Both the position numbers and the translations under genes were made by a program. A stretch of 39,124 nt of DNA from the IMG/VR virus record IMGVR_UViG_3300030372_005208, positions 1 to 39,124 of that record. The stretch is one strand, 5' to 3'. Source of the stretch: a virus. Lineage: Duplodnaviria > Caudoviricetes. The stretch's first letter is position 1; each line of letters opens with the position of its first letter. A model generated the notes under the pieces. It worked only from the letters and a program-made list of their open reading frames with translations. It was not told the DNA's origin and made no database searches. Below are positions 24,321 to 32,817 of the stretch, in pieces.

Positions 24321-24757
24321 TGACCGCACTGACTGCAGGGCGCAACACGCCCCAGATCGCCGGTGATATCCGCAATGGTCTTCTGGCCGCTTCTGCGTCG
24401 GTTTTTGCAGGCTCGCTTCTGATGCGCAACGCTGCCGGATTTGTCGTCAAAGGTGCTACAGCCACAGGCCTTGTGGGCATTGGCCGCGCAGAAGACGCTG
24501 GCGACAATTCCGCAGGCAGCAATGGTGACGCAGCCGTTCTTTACCGTCCCGGCGTCTTCCGCTTTGCGAACTCCGCTGGCGCTGACGAGATTACCGTCGC
24601 CGAAATCGGTGATGTGGTCTTCGCGGTTGATGATCAGACCGTCGCCAAAACCGATGCAACGGCATCGCGCTCTCCGGCCGGGTTCGTCGACAATGTCGAC
24701 GCCCTGGGCGTCTGGGTGCGCTTTGACGAAGTCCTCACCAAAATCGCCACGGCGTAA
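24320..24757 (+). CDS. Head decoration/cement-like protein
   Basis: MTALT..RNT, DN..G..G, DDQTVAKT; lies between I and T. Confidence 0.75.
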   Translation: MTALTAGRNTPQIAGDIRNGLLAASASVFAGSLLMRNAAGFVVKGATATGLVGIGRAEDAGDNSAGSNGDAAVLYRPGVFRFANSAGADEITVAEIGDVVFAVDDQTVAKTDATASRSPAGFVDNVDALGVWVRFDEVLTKIATA

Positions 24758-24769
24758 GGAGACCATTCA

Positions 24770-25663
24770 ATGCTCATCAATACTCCAAATCTTGAGGCCA
24801 TCCGGGTTGGCTTCAGCACCGCTTATAAGCGGGGTCTCGGGCAGGCCGAGACGCAGTACACGCGGATCGCCACTGTGGTCCCCTCATCGACGCGTGAAAG
24901 CCGGTACGGCTGGCTCGGCAAGATGCCCAACATGCGCGAATGGCTTGGTCCCCGTTTGATCCAAGGTCTTGCTGAGCATGACTACGCGATCAAGAACAAG
25001 GATTTCGAACTAACCATCGGCGTCGATCGCAACGATATCAAAGACGACAACCTCGGGATCTACGAGCCCATGTTCGTCGAGATGGGCGAAAGCACAGCTG
25101 CCCACCCTGATCTGTTGACCTTCGGTGCGCTGGCGGGCGGCTTTACGACCGAATGCTACGATGGCCAGTATTTCTTCGACACCGATCACCCCGTGATCAA
25201 CGAAGACGGCTCGATGGGCACGGTCGCAAACACTGACGGTGGTTCGGGCGCGCCTTGGTTCTTGCTCTCGACCAACCGGTCGCTGAAGCCGATGATCTTC
25301 CAGGATCGTGAAAAACCCATGTTCGTGGCCAAGGATAACCCGAAAGACCACAACGTCTTCATGAACAAGGAATTCGTCTACGGCACCGATGCCCGCTACA
25401 ACGTGGGGTACGGCTTCTGGCAGATGGCATGGGGGTCGAAACAGACCCTGAACGCCACACGCTACGCCGCCGCCCGTGCCGCTTTGCAGGGCATGAAGGG
25501 CGACCATGGGCGTCCCTTGGGCATCAAGCCAAACCTGCTGGTTGTGCCGCCTTCGATGGAGCAGGCGGCGCTCGAGCTGCTGAATGCCGAACGCGACGCT
25601 GCCGGTGCCACCAACGTCTGGAAAGGCACTGCGGAGCTGCTCATCGTTCCGTGGCTGGCATAA
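24770..25663 (+). CDS. Major capsid protein (Mu gpT family)
   Basis: YGWLG..P.MREW.G.R, NK.FE.TI.V.R.DI.DD, CYDGQYFFDTDHPV, G.GFWQMA. Confidence 0.96.
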   Translation: MLINTPNLEAIRVGFSTAYKRGLGQAETQYTRIATVVPSSTRESRYGWLGKMPNMREWLGPRLIQGLAEHDYAIKNKDFELTIGVDRNDIKDDNLGIYEPMFVEMGESTAAHPDLLTFGALAGGFTTECYDGQYFFDTDHPVINEDGSMGTVANTDGGSGAPWFLLSTNRSLKPMIFQDREKPMFVAKDNPKDHNVFMNKEFVYGTDARYNVGYGFWQMAWGSKQTLNATRYAAARAALQGMKGDHGRPLGIKPNLLVVPPSMEQAALELLNAERDAAGATNVWKGTAELLIVPWLA

Positions 25664-25675
25664 GGGGCTGATCGA

Positions 25676-26230
25676 ATGACACGTTCGAAGAAAGCAACCG
25701 CCAGCAAGGCCAGCGAGACCAAAGAAGCCGAAGCCGTAAAGCCAGCGGCTCCGGTGGTCGAAAACGCCTCTAAAGCCTCGAAACCCACCCCTGAAAACGG
25801 CGCGGGCGAGACCAAGGCGACTGAAGCCGCCAAGCCACTGTCGCTTGCAGCGGATCAGGCGTCTGACGTCGCGCAGTCCGTTGCCGAAAGCGGCGCGGGT
25901 GAGAGCAAGGCCGCCAAGGCCCCAAACGAGCCTGCCACTGACCTTGAAGACCTCTCTGCAGCCCTGACGTCCGACGCAAAGCCTTCCCCTCCGAACGAAA
26001 CACGTGCCGAGGCGGTAGGCAGTTTGGCAGCAGCGTTGCAGCCACGGGATGAGGAAGATCTGATCGTGGTCGTCATCGGCCCCAAAGGTGGTTTCTGGCG
26101 GGCGGGTCGGCACTTCACACCCGAACCGACACGCATTCTGGCGTCCGAGCTCAGCGATGAAGAGGCTGCGATGCTGCGTGACGAGCCAAAGCTCGCGATC
26201 AGCCTGATGAAAGCTGACGCCGCCGAGTAA
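25676..26230 (+). CDS. Ala/Glu/Lys-rich protein with C-terminal HI1506/Mu gp35-like domain
   Basis: Low-complexity N-terminus; GFWRAGRHF......L...EPKL C-terminus. Confidence 0.72.
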   Translation: MTRSKKATASKASETKEAEAVKPAAPVVENASKASKPTPENGAGETKATEAAKPLSLAADQASDVAQSVAESGAGESKAAKAPNEPATDLEDLSAALTSDAKPSPPNETRAEAVGSLAAALQPRDEEDLIVVVIGPKGGFWRAGRHFTPEPTRILASELSDEEAAMLRDEPKLAISLMKADAAE

Positions 26231-26251
26231 GGCGGCAATCTCTTAACCTTT

Positions 26252-26286
26252 GACCGGCGGCGGGTTTGTCGCCGCCGGTCTTCTCA
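26252..26286 (+). terminator. Putative intrinsic terminator/hairpin after the head genes
   Basis: GACCGGCGGCG-7 nt-CGCCGCCGGTC perfect 11-bp stem followed by TTCTC (weak U-tract). Confidence 0.65.
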
Positions 26287-26308
26287 TATTCAATTCGGAT
26301 GGCTCCCC

Positions 26309-26737
26309 GTGCCCTATACATCCCTTGCAAAACTGACTGCGAAGTTTGGCGAACATATGCTGATCTCCCTGACAGACCGGGGCGATGTTGCGACTGACAC
26401 GATCGATGCGGATGTGATTGACCAGGCACTGGCCGATGCGGACGCAATGATCGATGGCTACGTCGGTGTCCGCTACGCGCTACCTATGGAGACCACGCCG
26501 CCACTGATCGGAAGCCTTGCGCTCGCGATCACGATCTACAATCTCCATGTCGCCAGCCCCGACCCCAAGATCGAAGAAGACTACAAGGCCGCCTTGCGCA
26601 CCTTGCGGGATATTTCAGGTGGCGGTGTTCGCTTGCCCATCGCGGGGGCCGATGCCCCCGGTACCGGAAGCTCGGGGGCACGGCTGACCGATCGGGAGCG
26701 TCCCCTCACGCAAGCCAGCATGAAGGGCTTCATCTGA
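26309..26737 (+). CDS. Head-tail adaptor (Mu gp36 / DUF1320)
   Basis: Y.S...L...FG..L..LTDR, A.ADA.IDGY...RY.LP, Y..A.R.L.DI. Confidence 0.9.
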   Translation: MPYTSLAKLTAKFGEHMLISLTDRGDVATDTIDADVIDQALADADAMIDGYVGVRYALPMETTPPLIGSLALAITIYNLHVASPDPKIEEDYKAALRTLRDISGGGVRLPIAGADAPGTGSSGARLTDRERPLTQASMKGFI

Positions 26738-27165
26738 TGATCGAGAGCATCATCGCACGTCTTTCGTCGGAGGTTTCAATCCTTGAGCATCGCGTCGAAG
26801 GCGCTGGTAATTTCGCCGATCTGATGCAGCGCAATGCTCTGCCACAGCACACTCCCGCAGCGCATGTGCTGCCCCTGGGCTTGATCGGGCGTCAGGCAGA
26901 CGCTGGTGCCGGTGCGTTCACCCAAGGGATCGAAGAGGCCATCGCGGTGATCCTGACCATCCGCAACCACACGCCCGCGGGCCAAAAGGCCTTGGCGGAA
27001 TTGCGCGATGTGATCTTCGCGATCGTCAAGGCGATCGCCGGATGGGCTCCATCCGATGAGATCGGTGTGTTTCGCCTGACCCGTGGCTCCATTCTGAACG
27101 CCTCCAAGGGCACCGTCGTCTACCAGGTCGACTTTGCCATCACAGACCAGCTGAGGATCCTCTGA
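26737..27165 (+). CDS. Tail terminator (Mu gp37-like)
   Basis: PAAHVLPLG, AIAGW.P; position after gp36. Confidence 0.8.
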   Translation: MIESIIARLSSEVSILEHRVEGAGNFADLMQRNALPQHTPAAHVLPLGLIGRQADAGAGAFTQGIEEAIAVILTIRNHTPAGQKALAELRDVIFAIVKAIAGWAPSDEIGVFRLTRGSILNASKGTVVYQVDFAITDQLRIL

Positions 27166-27311
27166 TGAAAAACCCAACCCTTCCGTCCCGTGGCGGCAGC
27201 TACACCCGCAGCAAGAATGGCAAGCTCACCCGCAAGGAGGGTCCGGTGGCTCAAGAGCCTCTCGAAGAGACCGCAGCGCCTGCTGAAGAAACATTGGAAA
27301 AGGAGGCTTAA
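27165..27311 (+). CDS. Small hypothetical protein (48 aa; not in ORF track)
   Basis: Manual translation MKNPTLPSRGGSYTRSKNGKLTRKEG...EKEA*; TGATG coupling; fills the gap exactly. Confidence 0.72.
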   Translation: MKNPTLPSRGGSYTRSKNGKLTRKEGPVAQEPLEETAAPAEETLEKEA

Positions 27312-28244
27312 ATGGCCCTTAAATGGAAATCCAAAATCCTACTGGCGAAGCTGGAAACCACTTACAACACCGACGCTGAACCGACCGCGGCGGCGAATGG
27401 CATCCTCGCCACCGACATCACTCTGACGCCAATGGAAGGCAGCGACGTCAGCCGCAATCTCGAAATCCCCACCTTGGGCGCTCAAGGATCGGTGCCGATC
27501 GATGTTCACGCGAAGCTGACCTTCAACGTGGAGCTCGCCGGATCCGGTGCTGCCGGTACCGCGCCCGCATGGGGACCGCTAATGCGTGGCTGCGCCGTGG
27601 CTGAGACAATCACAGCCGACACGTCTGTCACCTACAACCCTGTCAGTGATGATCACGAAAGCCTGTCGGTTTATTTTCTGATCGAGGGCACGCAGTTCGT
27701 GATGACCGGCGCGCGCGGCAATTGCACGATCGACTTCACCACGTCGGCCATTCCCTATCTCAAGTTCGAGTATTGGGGGCTGTTCAATCAACCGACCGAA
27801 GAGACGCGGGTGAACCCCACGCTGACTGCGTTCAAAAAGCCACTGGCTGTGACCAAGGCCAACACGCCGACATTCACGCTGGCTGGTGTGTCGCTTGTGA
27901 TGCGGTCCCTGATGCTCAATCTCGGCAATGCGGTTGAACCTCGGTTTCTGGTCGGGTCGGAAGGCATTCTGATCACCGACAAGGAAGAGAGCGTCGAGAC
28001 CAAGGTAGAGGCGGTGCCGCTCGGTACACTCAACCCGTTCACGATGGCGGCCGAACAGACAGACGTAGCAATCAACCTTGTGCACGGACTGACCCCTGGG
28101 AACATCGCAACCCTCGCGATCACGAAAGCGCAGATGCAGCGCCCTCAGGGCCTCGAGAATGCCCAGAACATCGTGGAGTGGCCGCTCCGCCTGGTCCCGA
28201 TCCCGACGGTTGGCAATGACCAGTGGTCTCTCATCCTCACGTAA
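27312..28244 (+). CDS. Major tail tube protein (siphovirus type)
   Basis: LAK.E.TY..D..P, ELAGSG.AG.AP.WG.L.R.C, GARGN; AAGGAGG RBS; no sheath gene nearby. Confidence 0.88.
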   Translation: MALKWKSKILLAKLETTYNTDAEPTAAANGILATDITLTPMEGSDVSRNLEIPTLGAQGSVPIDVHAKLTFNVELAGSGAAGTAPAWGPLMRGCAVAETITADTSVTYNPVSDDHESLSVYFLIEGTQFVMTGARGNCTIDFTTSAIPYLKFEYWGLFNQPTEETRVNPTLTAFKKPLAVTKANTPTFTLAGVSLVMRSLMLNLGNAVEPRFLVGSEGILITDKEESVETKVEAVPLGTLNPFTMAAEQTDVAINLVHGLTPGNIATLAITKAQMQRPQGLENAQNIVEWPLRLVPIPTVGNDQWSLILT

Positions 28245-28262
28245 TTCGAAAGGAACGCCGCA

Positions 28263-28592
28263 ATGTTTAAGATCAATCAGTCCCCGACATTCACCCGCGA
28301 TGTGTCGATCCAAATCCCCGATGGTGAAGGCTTTACCGAAGCGGAGCTGAAAGCCACCTTCCGCGCCATGCCGATCTCGGAAGCAGACGGGTTCGACCTC
28401 AGCACGGGCACCGGCACGCTCGACTTTCTGAAGGCCGTCGTCGTGAGTTTCGACAATCTGGTCGATGACGATGACAACCCCGTGCCGTCGACACCCGAAC
28501 AGATCAGCCAGGAACTGGACAAGGCCTATATCCGGCTCGGTCTCGTCAGCGGATATTTCAAAGGGCTGCATAAGGGCACGTTGGGAAACTGA
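28263..28592 (+). CDS. Tail assembly chaperone (G-like)
   Basis: Between tube and tape measure; ends ...LGN* on a GGGAAAC slippery site. Confidence 0.85.
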   Translation: MFKINQSPTFTRDVSIQIPDGEGFTEAELKATFRAMPISEADGFDLSTGTGTLDFLKAVVVSFDNLVDDDDNPVPSTPEQISQELDKAYIRLGLVSGYFKGLHKGTLGN

Positions 28593-28945
28593 AAGCCGCG
28601 GGGGCTGCATGGGCAAAAGGATCGCCCAATGAGACCCCGCGGCAAGACGATGCCAGTTCGGATGCAGCTGTGCTCGGAATTGATCTCGGACAGTACCAAG
28701 ACAACACCGACGCAGAAGAGCTCGAACTGTGGCCCTGGCATCTTAAGGCACTCGAGGCGTTCTTCACGATCTGCTCCCAATGGAGAGTAATCGCAGTCGG
28801 AGCCCGGATCATGCCTGTCGGTCTCGACTACACGGCAGCCCAGTCCGGGCTGCAGCTGGCAGGCCTCACAGTCGATGCGGACATGTGGGGCGATATCAGA
28901 ACCATTGAGCAAGGTGCTTTGGCTGAAATTCGGAGAATGATGTGA
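28583..28945 (+). CDS. Tail assembly chaperone frameshift extension (GT-like, DUF1799)
   Basis: -1 frame open from GGGAAAC (28583) to the stop at 28945; WPW...F...SQWR...GLDY motif. Confidence 0.8.
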   Translation, partial: GKLKAAGAAWAKGSPNETPRQDDASSDAAVLGIDLGQYQDNTDAEELELWPWHLKALEAFFTICSQWRVIAVGARIMPVGLDYTAAQSGLQLAGLTVDADMWGDIRTIEQGALAEIRRMM

Positions 28946-31464
28946 GCGGCTTCAAGACCAGTCTTTATGTCGGAGGGGATGCAACCGGGGCGAAGAAAGC
29001 CCTGGCCGAGACCACGTCCGCATTGGCCGGGACCAAGAAGGCCACAGATAGTCTGAGCAAGAGCACGGCCGCGCTGGATCAATCGACTAGATCCGCCGCG
29101 AATGAAAACAGCAACTTCGCGACCGGAGAGAAAGCGGTTCAGCAGGCCGTCACGAGATCCAACACCGCCGTCCAGCAGCGCATCGAGCGCCTGACCGGCT
29201 ACGGTGCCGCGACCAACAGTGCGCGTCAAAGTGCGGCAGCATTTGGCGGCACGATTGATCAGAACAAAGCCAGCTTCGATGCGATGCGCATGTCGATCGA
29301 TCCGGTCTATCGCGCTTCTAGGCAATACGAAGCCGTCGTTGACGAAACCCGTCGCTCGGTCGCAGCTGGTGCTGCAACGCAAGCCGAGGCGAACCGGGTA
29401 CTTGCGCTGGCTGAAGCCCAATATCTGGCAACCGGTCAAAGCGCCCAGGTCATGGGGCGCTCAAACAATGCGGCAGCGGGACAGATGGGCAACCTGGTTG
29501 CGCAGTTCAACGACATCGGCGTGATGATGGCTGCGGGGCAGAACCCGCTGACCCTCGCTCTTCAACAAGGTACCCAGATCAGCCAGGTCATCGGCCCGAT
29601 GGGTGCAGCCGGTGCGGTGAAGGCGCTTGGCGGTGCGTTCTTGGGCATGCTGAACCCGGTCAGCTTGATCACGATCGGGTCGATCGCTGCGGGTGCGGCA
29701 CTCTTTAAACTTGGATCATCAGCATTTGCAGCTGAAGAAAAGACTGACGATCTTGGCGACGCCATGTCGGAACTCGCAAAAGAAACTGCAGCCGCACGGG
29801 CTGAGGTGGAGTTGTTTAATCGAGGGCTGGACACCACGGCGCAGCTTGCTGTACTGAACGAGATCGCGAAAAAAGAAGCCGAGATTGTAGCGCTTCGCCA
29901 ATATGAAAAATTCGGTCCGCGATATTTTCCCGGTGAAACAGACCGCGAGGTTGGCTTAATCGAGGAAGAGATCGCACTGCTCGAGCGCGGCCTCACTGCC
30001 CGGAATTCAGCAGTCGCCGCTGCAGAGCGTCTGCAGCGCATTCAAGAGATGGCCAACAGCGCGGGTCAGGACTACGTCCAACGGTTGGAAGCCGAAGCAG
30101 CGGCAGTTTCCAAGGGACAAGAGCTGATCGCGGGCCTTCAAGCCGAAGCCGAAATTCGCAGGGCGATTACAGCTCATGGTGAAAGCAGCCGACAAGTCGC
30201 TGAACTTCGGCTAGCCGAAGAGCGCCGGGTGTATGAGGCAAGCCTCGACACGCTCAATGTCACAGGCGAAATGAAAGATGAGATCATGGCCGCCTGGGAC
30301 GCGGCCAATGCTCTCTCATCGGTCGATATCGCCGCAGGTATTTCCCCGGCAGTGGCACAAGCTGCAGCTCTCGCCCAAAACCTTGGGATTGCGCTGAACG
30401 AGGCACTGTCGCTTCAAAACATGCAGGCCGGTGCTGTCTATAGCGGGCGTGGCGATGGCATGGCCGAGGTGCGTGCACGCAGAGGTGAGACCAATAAGAC
30501 CGACGGCCGCTTCATCTATACCGGCCCCCGCCTGGATGCGGACAACAACCCAATCGTCAACAAGACGCGCACGGGCGGCGGCGGTGGCAGTAGCGCCGCC
30601 AATGCTCTCAAGAAAGAGCGCGAAGCCGTCACAGACCTGATCAGCGGTCTGGAAGACGAGCTGGCGCTCCTGCGCGAGACCGACCCGGTTCAGCAAGAGA
30701 TGCTGCGCCACCGCGAAAACCTTGCCGGCGCAACTGAAGCCGAGCGTGCCAAGATCAGCGAACTGATCGCGACCCGCAACCGCGAGAAGACCGCCGTCGA
30801 TGAGCAGAAAGCAGCGTGGGACAGCTACCGTGACGTCGCCTATGGCACCTTTGAGGATCTGCGTCGCAGCGGTGGCGATCTTGGCGGTGTACTGGACACG
30901 CTATCGGGCAAGATCCAGGACATGGCGTTTCAGGCGCTCCTGTTGGGGGAAGGCCCTTTGGCTCAACTCTTTGGGACCTCAGGCGGCGGTGGCCTGATTG
31001 ATCTGGCCCTCGGAGCCATTTTTCCCGGCATCAAGCCAGCAGGTCAAAAGCTTGCCGTCGGCGGTATGGTCTATGGTCGCGGCGGCGGAAAGTCGGATCA
31101 GGTGCCGCTCTGGGGGTCCCCCGGCGAATACATGGTCAATGCCAAGGCCACGGCAAAGAACCGGACGCTGCTGGAAATGATCAATGCAGGGGCCGACATT
31201 CCCGGATTTGCAAACGGCGGGCAGATCGGTGGCGCTTCTGGCGGGTTCGGCGGTATCGATATGCGCCCGCAAATCACCATCGAGAACCACTCAAGCGCCT
31301 CGATCACACAAACCCGTCAAGAGAGCGTTGACAGTCAAGGTCGGCGCAGCACCAAGCTTGTCATGGCAGATGCAGTCGGCGACGCAATGACCCAATCCGG
31401 CGGCGGTGCAAAGCGGGTGCTGGGCAACCGCTACGGTCTGCGGCCGAAGGGAGCGCTGAGATGA
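28942..31464 (+). CDS. Tail tape measure protein
   Basis: 840 aa, Ala-rich helical; Q.NDI.V....GQNP....LQQG.QI motif; C-terminal GG.V.G.GG..SD, GEYMVNA, FANGG. Confidence 0.93.
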   Translation: MSGFKTSLYVGGDATGAKKALAETTSALAGTKKATDSLSKSTAALDQSTRSAANENSNFATGEKAVQQAVTRSNTAVQQRIERLTGYGAATNSARQSAAAFGGTIDQNKASFDAMRMSIDPVYRASRQYEAVVDETRRSVAAGAATQAEANRVLALAEAQYLATGQSAQVMGRSNNAAAGQMGNLVAQFNDIGVMMAAGQNPLTLALQQGTQISQVIGPMGAAGAVKALGGAFLGMLNPVSLITIGSIAAGAALFKLGSSAFAAEEKTDDLGDAMSELAKETAAARAEVELFNRGLDTTAQLAVLNEIAKKEAEIVALRQYEKFGPRYFPGETDREVGLIEEEIALLERGLTARNSAVAAAERLQRIQEMANSAGQDYVQRLEAEAAAVSKGQELIAGLQAEAEIRRAITAHGESSRQVAELRLAEERRVYEASLDTLNVTGEMKDEIMAAWDAANALSSVDIAAGISPAVAQAAALAQNLGIALNEALSLQNMQAGAVYSGRGDGMAEVRARRGETNKTDGRFIYTGPRLDADNNPIVNKTRTGGGGGSSAANALKKEREAVTDLISGLEDELALLRETDPVQQEMLRHRENLAGATEAERAKISELIATRNREKTAVDEQKAAWDSYRDVAYGTFEDLRRSGGDLGGVLDTLSGKIQDMAFQALLLGEGPLAQLFGTSGGGGLIDLALGAIFPGIKPAGQKLAVGGMVYGRGGGKSDQVPLWGSPGEYMVNAKATAKNRTLLEMINAGADIPGFANGGQIGGASGGFGGIDMRPQITIENHSSASITQTRQESVDSQGRRSTKLVMADAVGDAMTQSGGGAKRVLGNRYGLRPKGALR

Positions 31465-31883
31465 GCGTTCCGACATGGCCAACAGATCTGCCCAAACCCC
31501 AGCGGGAAGACCTTCAGGTCCAGATCAATGATCCCCGCTTACGCAAGCCGACCGAGACTGGCCCTCCAGGCTACCGGCGGCGCTGGTCGAGTGTCGCGCG
31601 CACGGTGACGTTGTCGATCGATGTTCCGCGCAGTCTCAAGGCTGTCTTCGACGGGTTCTATGAGTACGAGACCAAGTTCGGGAGCTTGCCCTTCTGGATG
31701 CCCGATCCCATGACCGATGGGTGGCCGCTGCTGGACGCGTCCGGCAGCCCTCTGCTAACCACCGACGGCTTTCCAATCCTGCTCTCCGCCCAGTGGCTTT
31801 GCTTGTTCGGAGAAGAGACGCCAGTGCAAAGCATCCGGGGCATCCGGTTCGTCATCGCTTTTTCCGTGACGGTGATGCCATGA
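31461..31883 (+). CDS. Distal tail protein (putative)
   Basis: P.WP..LP.P, GPP..RRR, GSLPF.MPDP; follows the tape measure gene. Confidence 0.75.
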   Translation: MSVPTWPTDLPKPQREDLQVQINDPRLRKPTETGPPGYRRRWSSVARTVTLSIDVPRSLKAVFDGFYEYETKFGSLPFWMPDPMTDGWPLLDASGSPLLTTDGFPILLSAQWLCLFGEETPVQSIRGIRFVIAFSVTVMP

Positions 31884-32404
31884 GACGGGTGTCCCTGAAC
31901 GCACGGACCGCTTTTGACGCGCCCACCACGGCCGAGATCGAGATCGCGCTGATCATGATCGAGCATCCCGAGCTTGACGCACCTGTTCGCCTTTCGACGG
32001 ATCCGACCGAGCGGCTATGGGTCGATCCGTTGATGTATGGGACGCGCTCCACCTGGATGGACAGCGATCCAGCCAATGAGCCTTTTCTGTTCATTCTCGC
32101 GTCGACGGATATTCCAAGCGATCTGGAAGATGCCCCGGCGGCCGCCAACATCGTAGTTGAGAATGTGGACAGCGACATCGCCGCTTTGCTTCGGTCTTTC
32201 ACCGACCGTCCAAAGGTACACATGGCTGTCGTTCTCGCGGGATCACCGGACCTCGTTGAAGTGGAGTTTCGCGGAATGGTGATGGTTGCTGCCGATGGCA
32301 ACGCGGGTTCGGTCAGCCTTCAGGTGAGCCGTGCGCCGGTCGAAGAAGAAAGCGTCCCCATGGACCGTTTTACCAAAGACCGGTTTCCGGGGCTTTTTCG
32401 ATGA
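31880..32404 (+). CDS. Minor tail protein (DUF1833-like)
   Basis: I.HPEL..P.RL, ENVD; start reassigned to ATG 31880. Confidence 0.72.
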   Translation: MRRVSLNARTAFDAPTTAEIEIALIMIEHPELDAPVRLSTDPTERLWVDPLMYGTRSTWMDSDPANEPFLFILASTDIPSDLEDAPAAANIVVENVDSDIAALLRSFTDRPKVHMAVVLAGSPDLVEVEFRGMVMVAADGNAGSVSLQVSRAPVEEESVPMDRFTKDRFPGLFR

Positions 32405-32817
32405 GCTGGTCAAACACATATGTCGGCATCCCTTACCAAGACCTCGGCCGGTCTGTCACGGGATGCGATTGCTGGGGACTGGCCAAGGTCGTTTATCAGG
32501 CCGAACTTGGTCTGACTCTGCCCGACTATCGGGATGGATACGTTAGCGCCGAGGAGCAGGCAGAGGTCGCATCCCTGATCGGGAAAGAGACAGCCACATC
32601 GATCTGGTCGCTTGTTGAAGAGCCGATGGCATTCGATCTCCTGCTGTTTCGGCATGGCCGTCTTGAAAGCCACGTGGGGATCTACGTGCGGCCCGGCGTG
32701 ATGCTGCACATGGCAACCGAAGATCAGGCCAAGCATGAGGACTACCTCTCGCCCCGCTGGCACCGTCGTCTCGCAGGAATATTCCGGTTTACAGCCGGTT
32801 TGAAGGAGGCTTCATGA
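32401..32817 (+). CDS. NlpC/P60 family tail-tip peptidase
   Basis: YVGIPY...GR...GCDCWGL, HVGI, MLH. Confidence 0.9.
   Translation: MSWSNTYVGIPYQDLGRSVTGCDCWGLAKVVYQAELGLTLPDYRDGYVSAEEQAEVASLIGKETATSIWSLVEEPMAFDLLLFRHGRLESHVGIYVRPGVMLHMATEDQAKHEDYLSPRWHRRLAGIFRFTAGLKEAS

Noticed and set aside
25010-26113. 367-aa minus-strand ORF
   Set aside because: Antisense shadow of the capsid and gp35-like genes in high-GC DNA; no motifs
27190-27426. 78-aa plus-strand ORF from the track
   Set aside because: Overlaps the tail tube gene out of frame; the coupled 48-aa ORF 27165-27311 fits the gap exactly
27579-28616. 345-aa minus-strand ORF
   Set aside because: Antisense shadow of the tail tube and chaperone genes
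29690-30200. Locally AT-richer segment in the tape measure gene suggesting a mosaic swap
   Set aside because: Impression by eye only; cannot be quantified without computation, and TMP middles are normally variable
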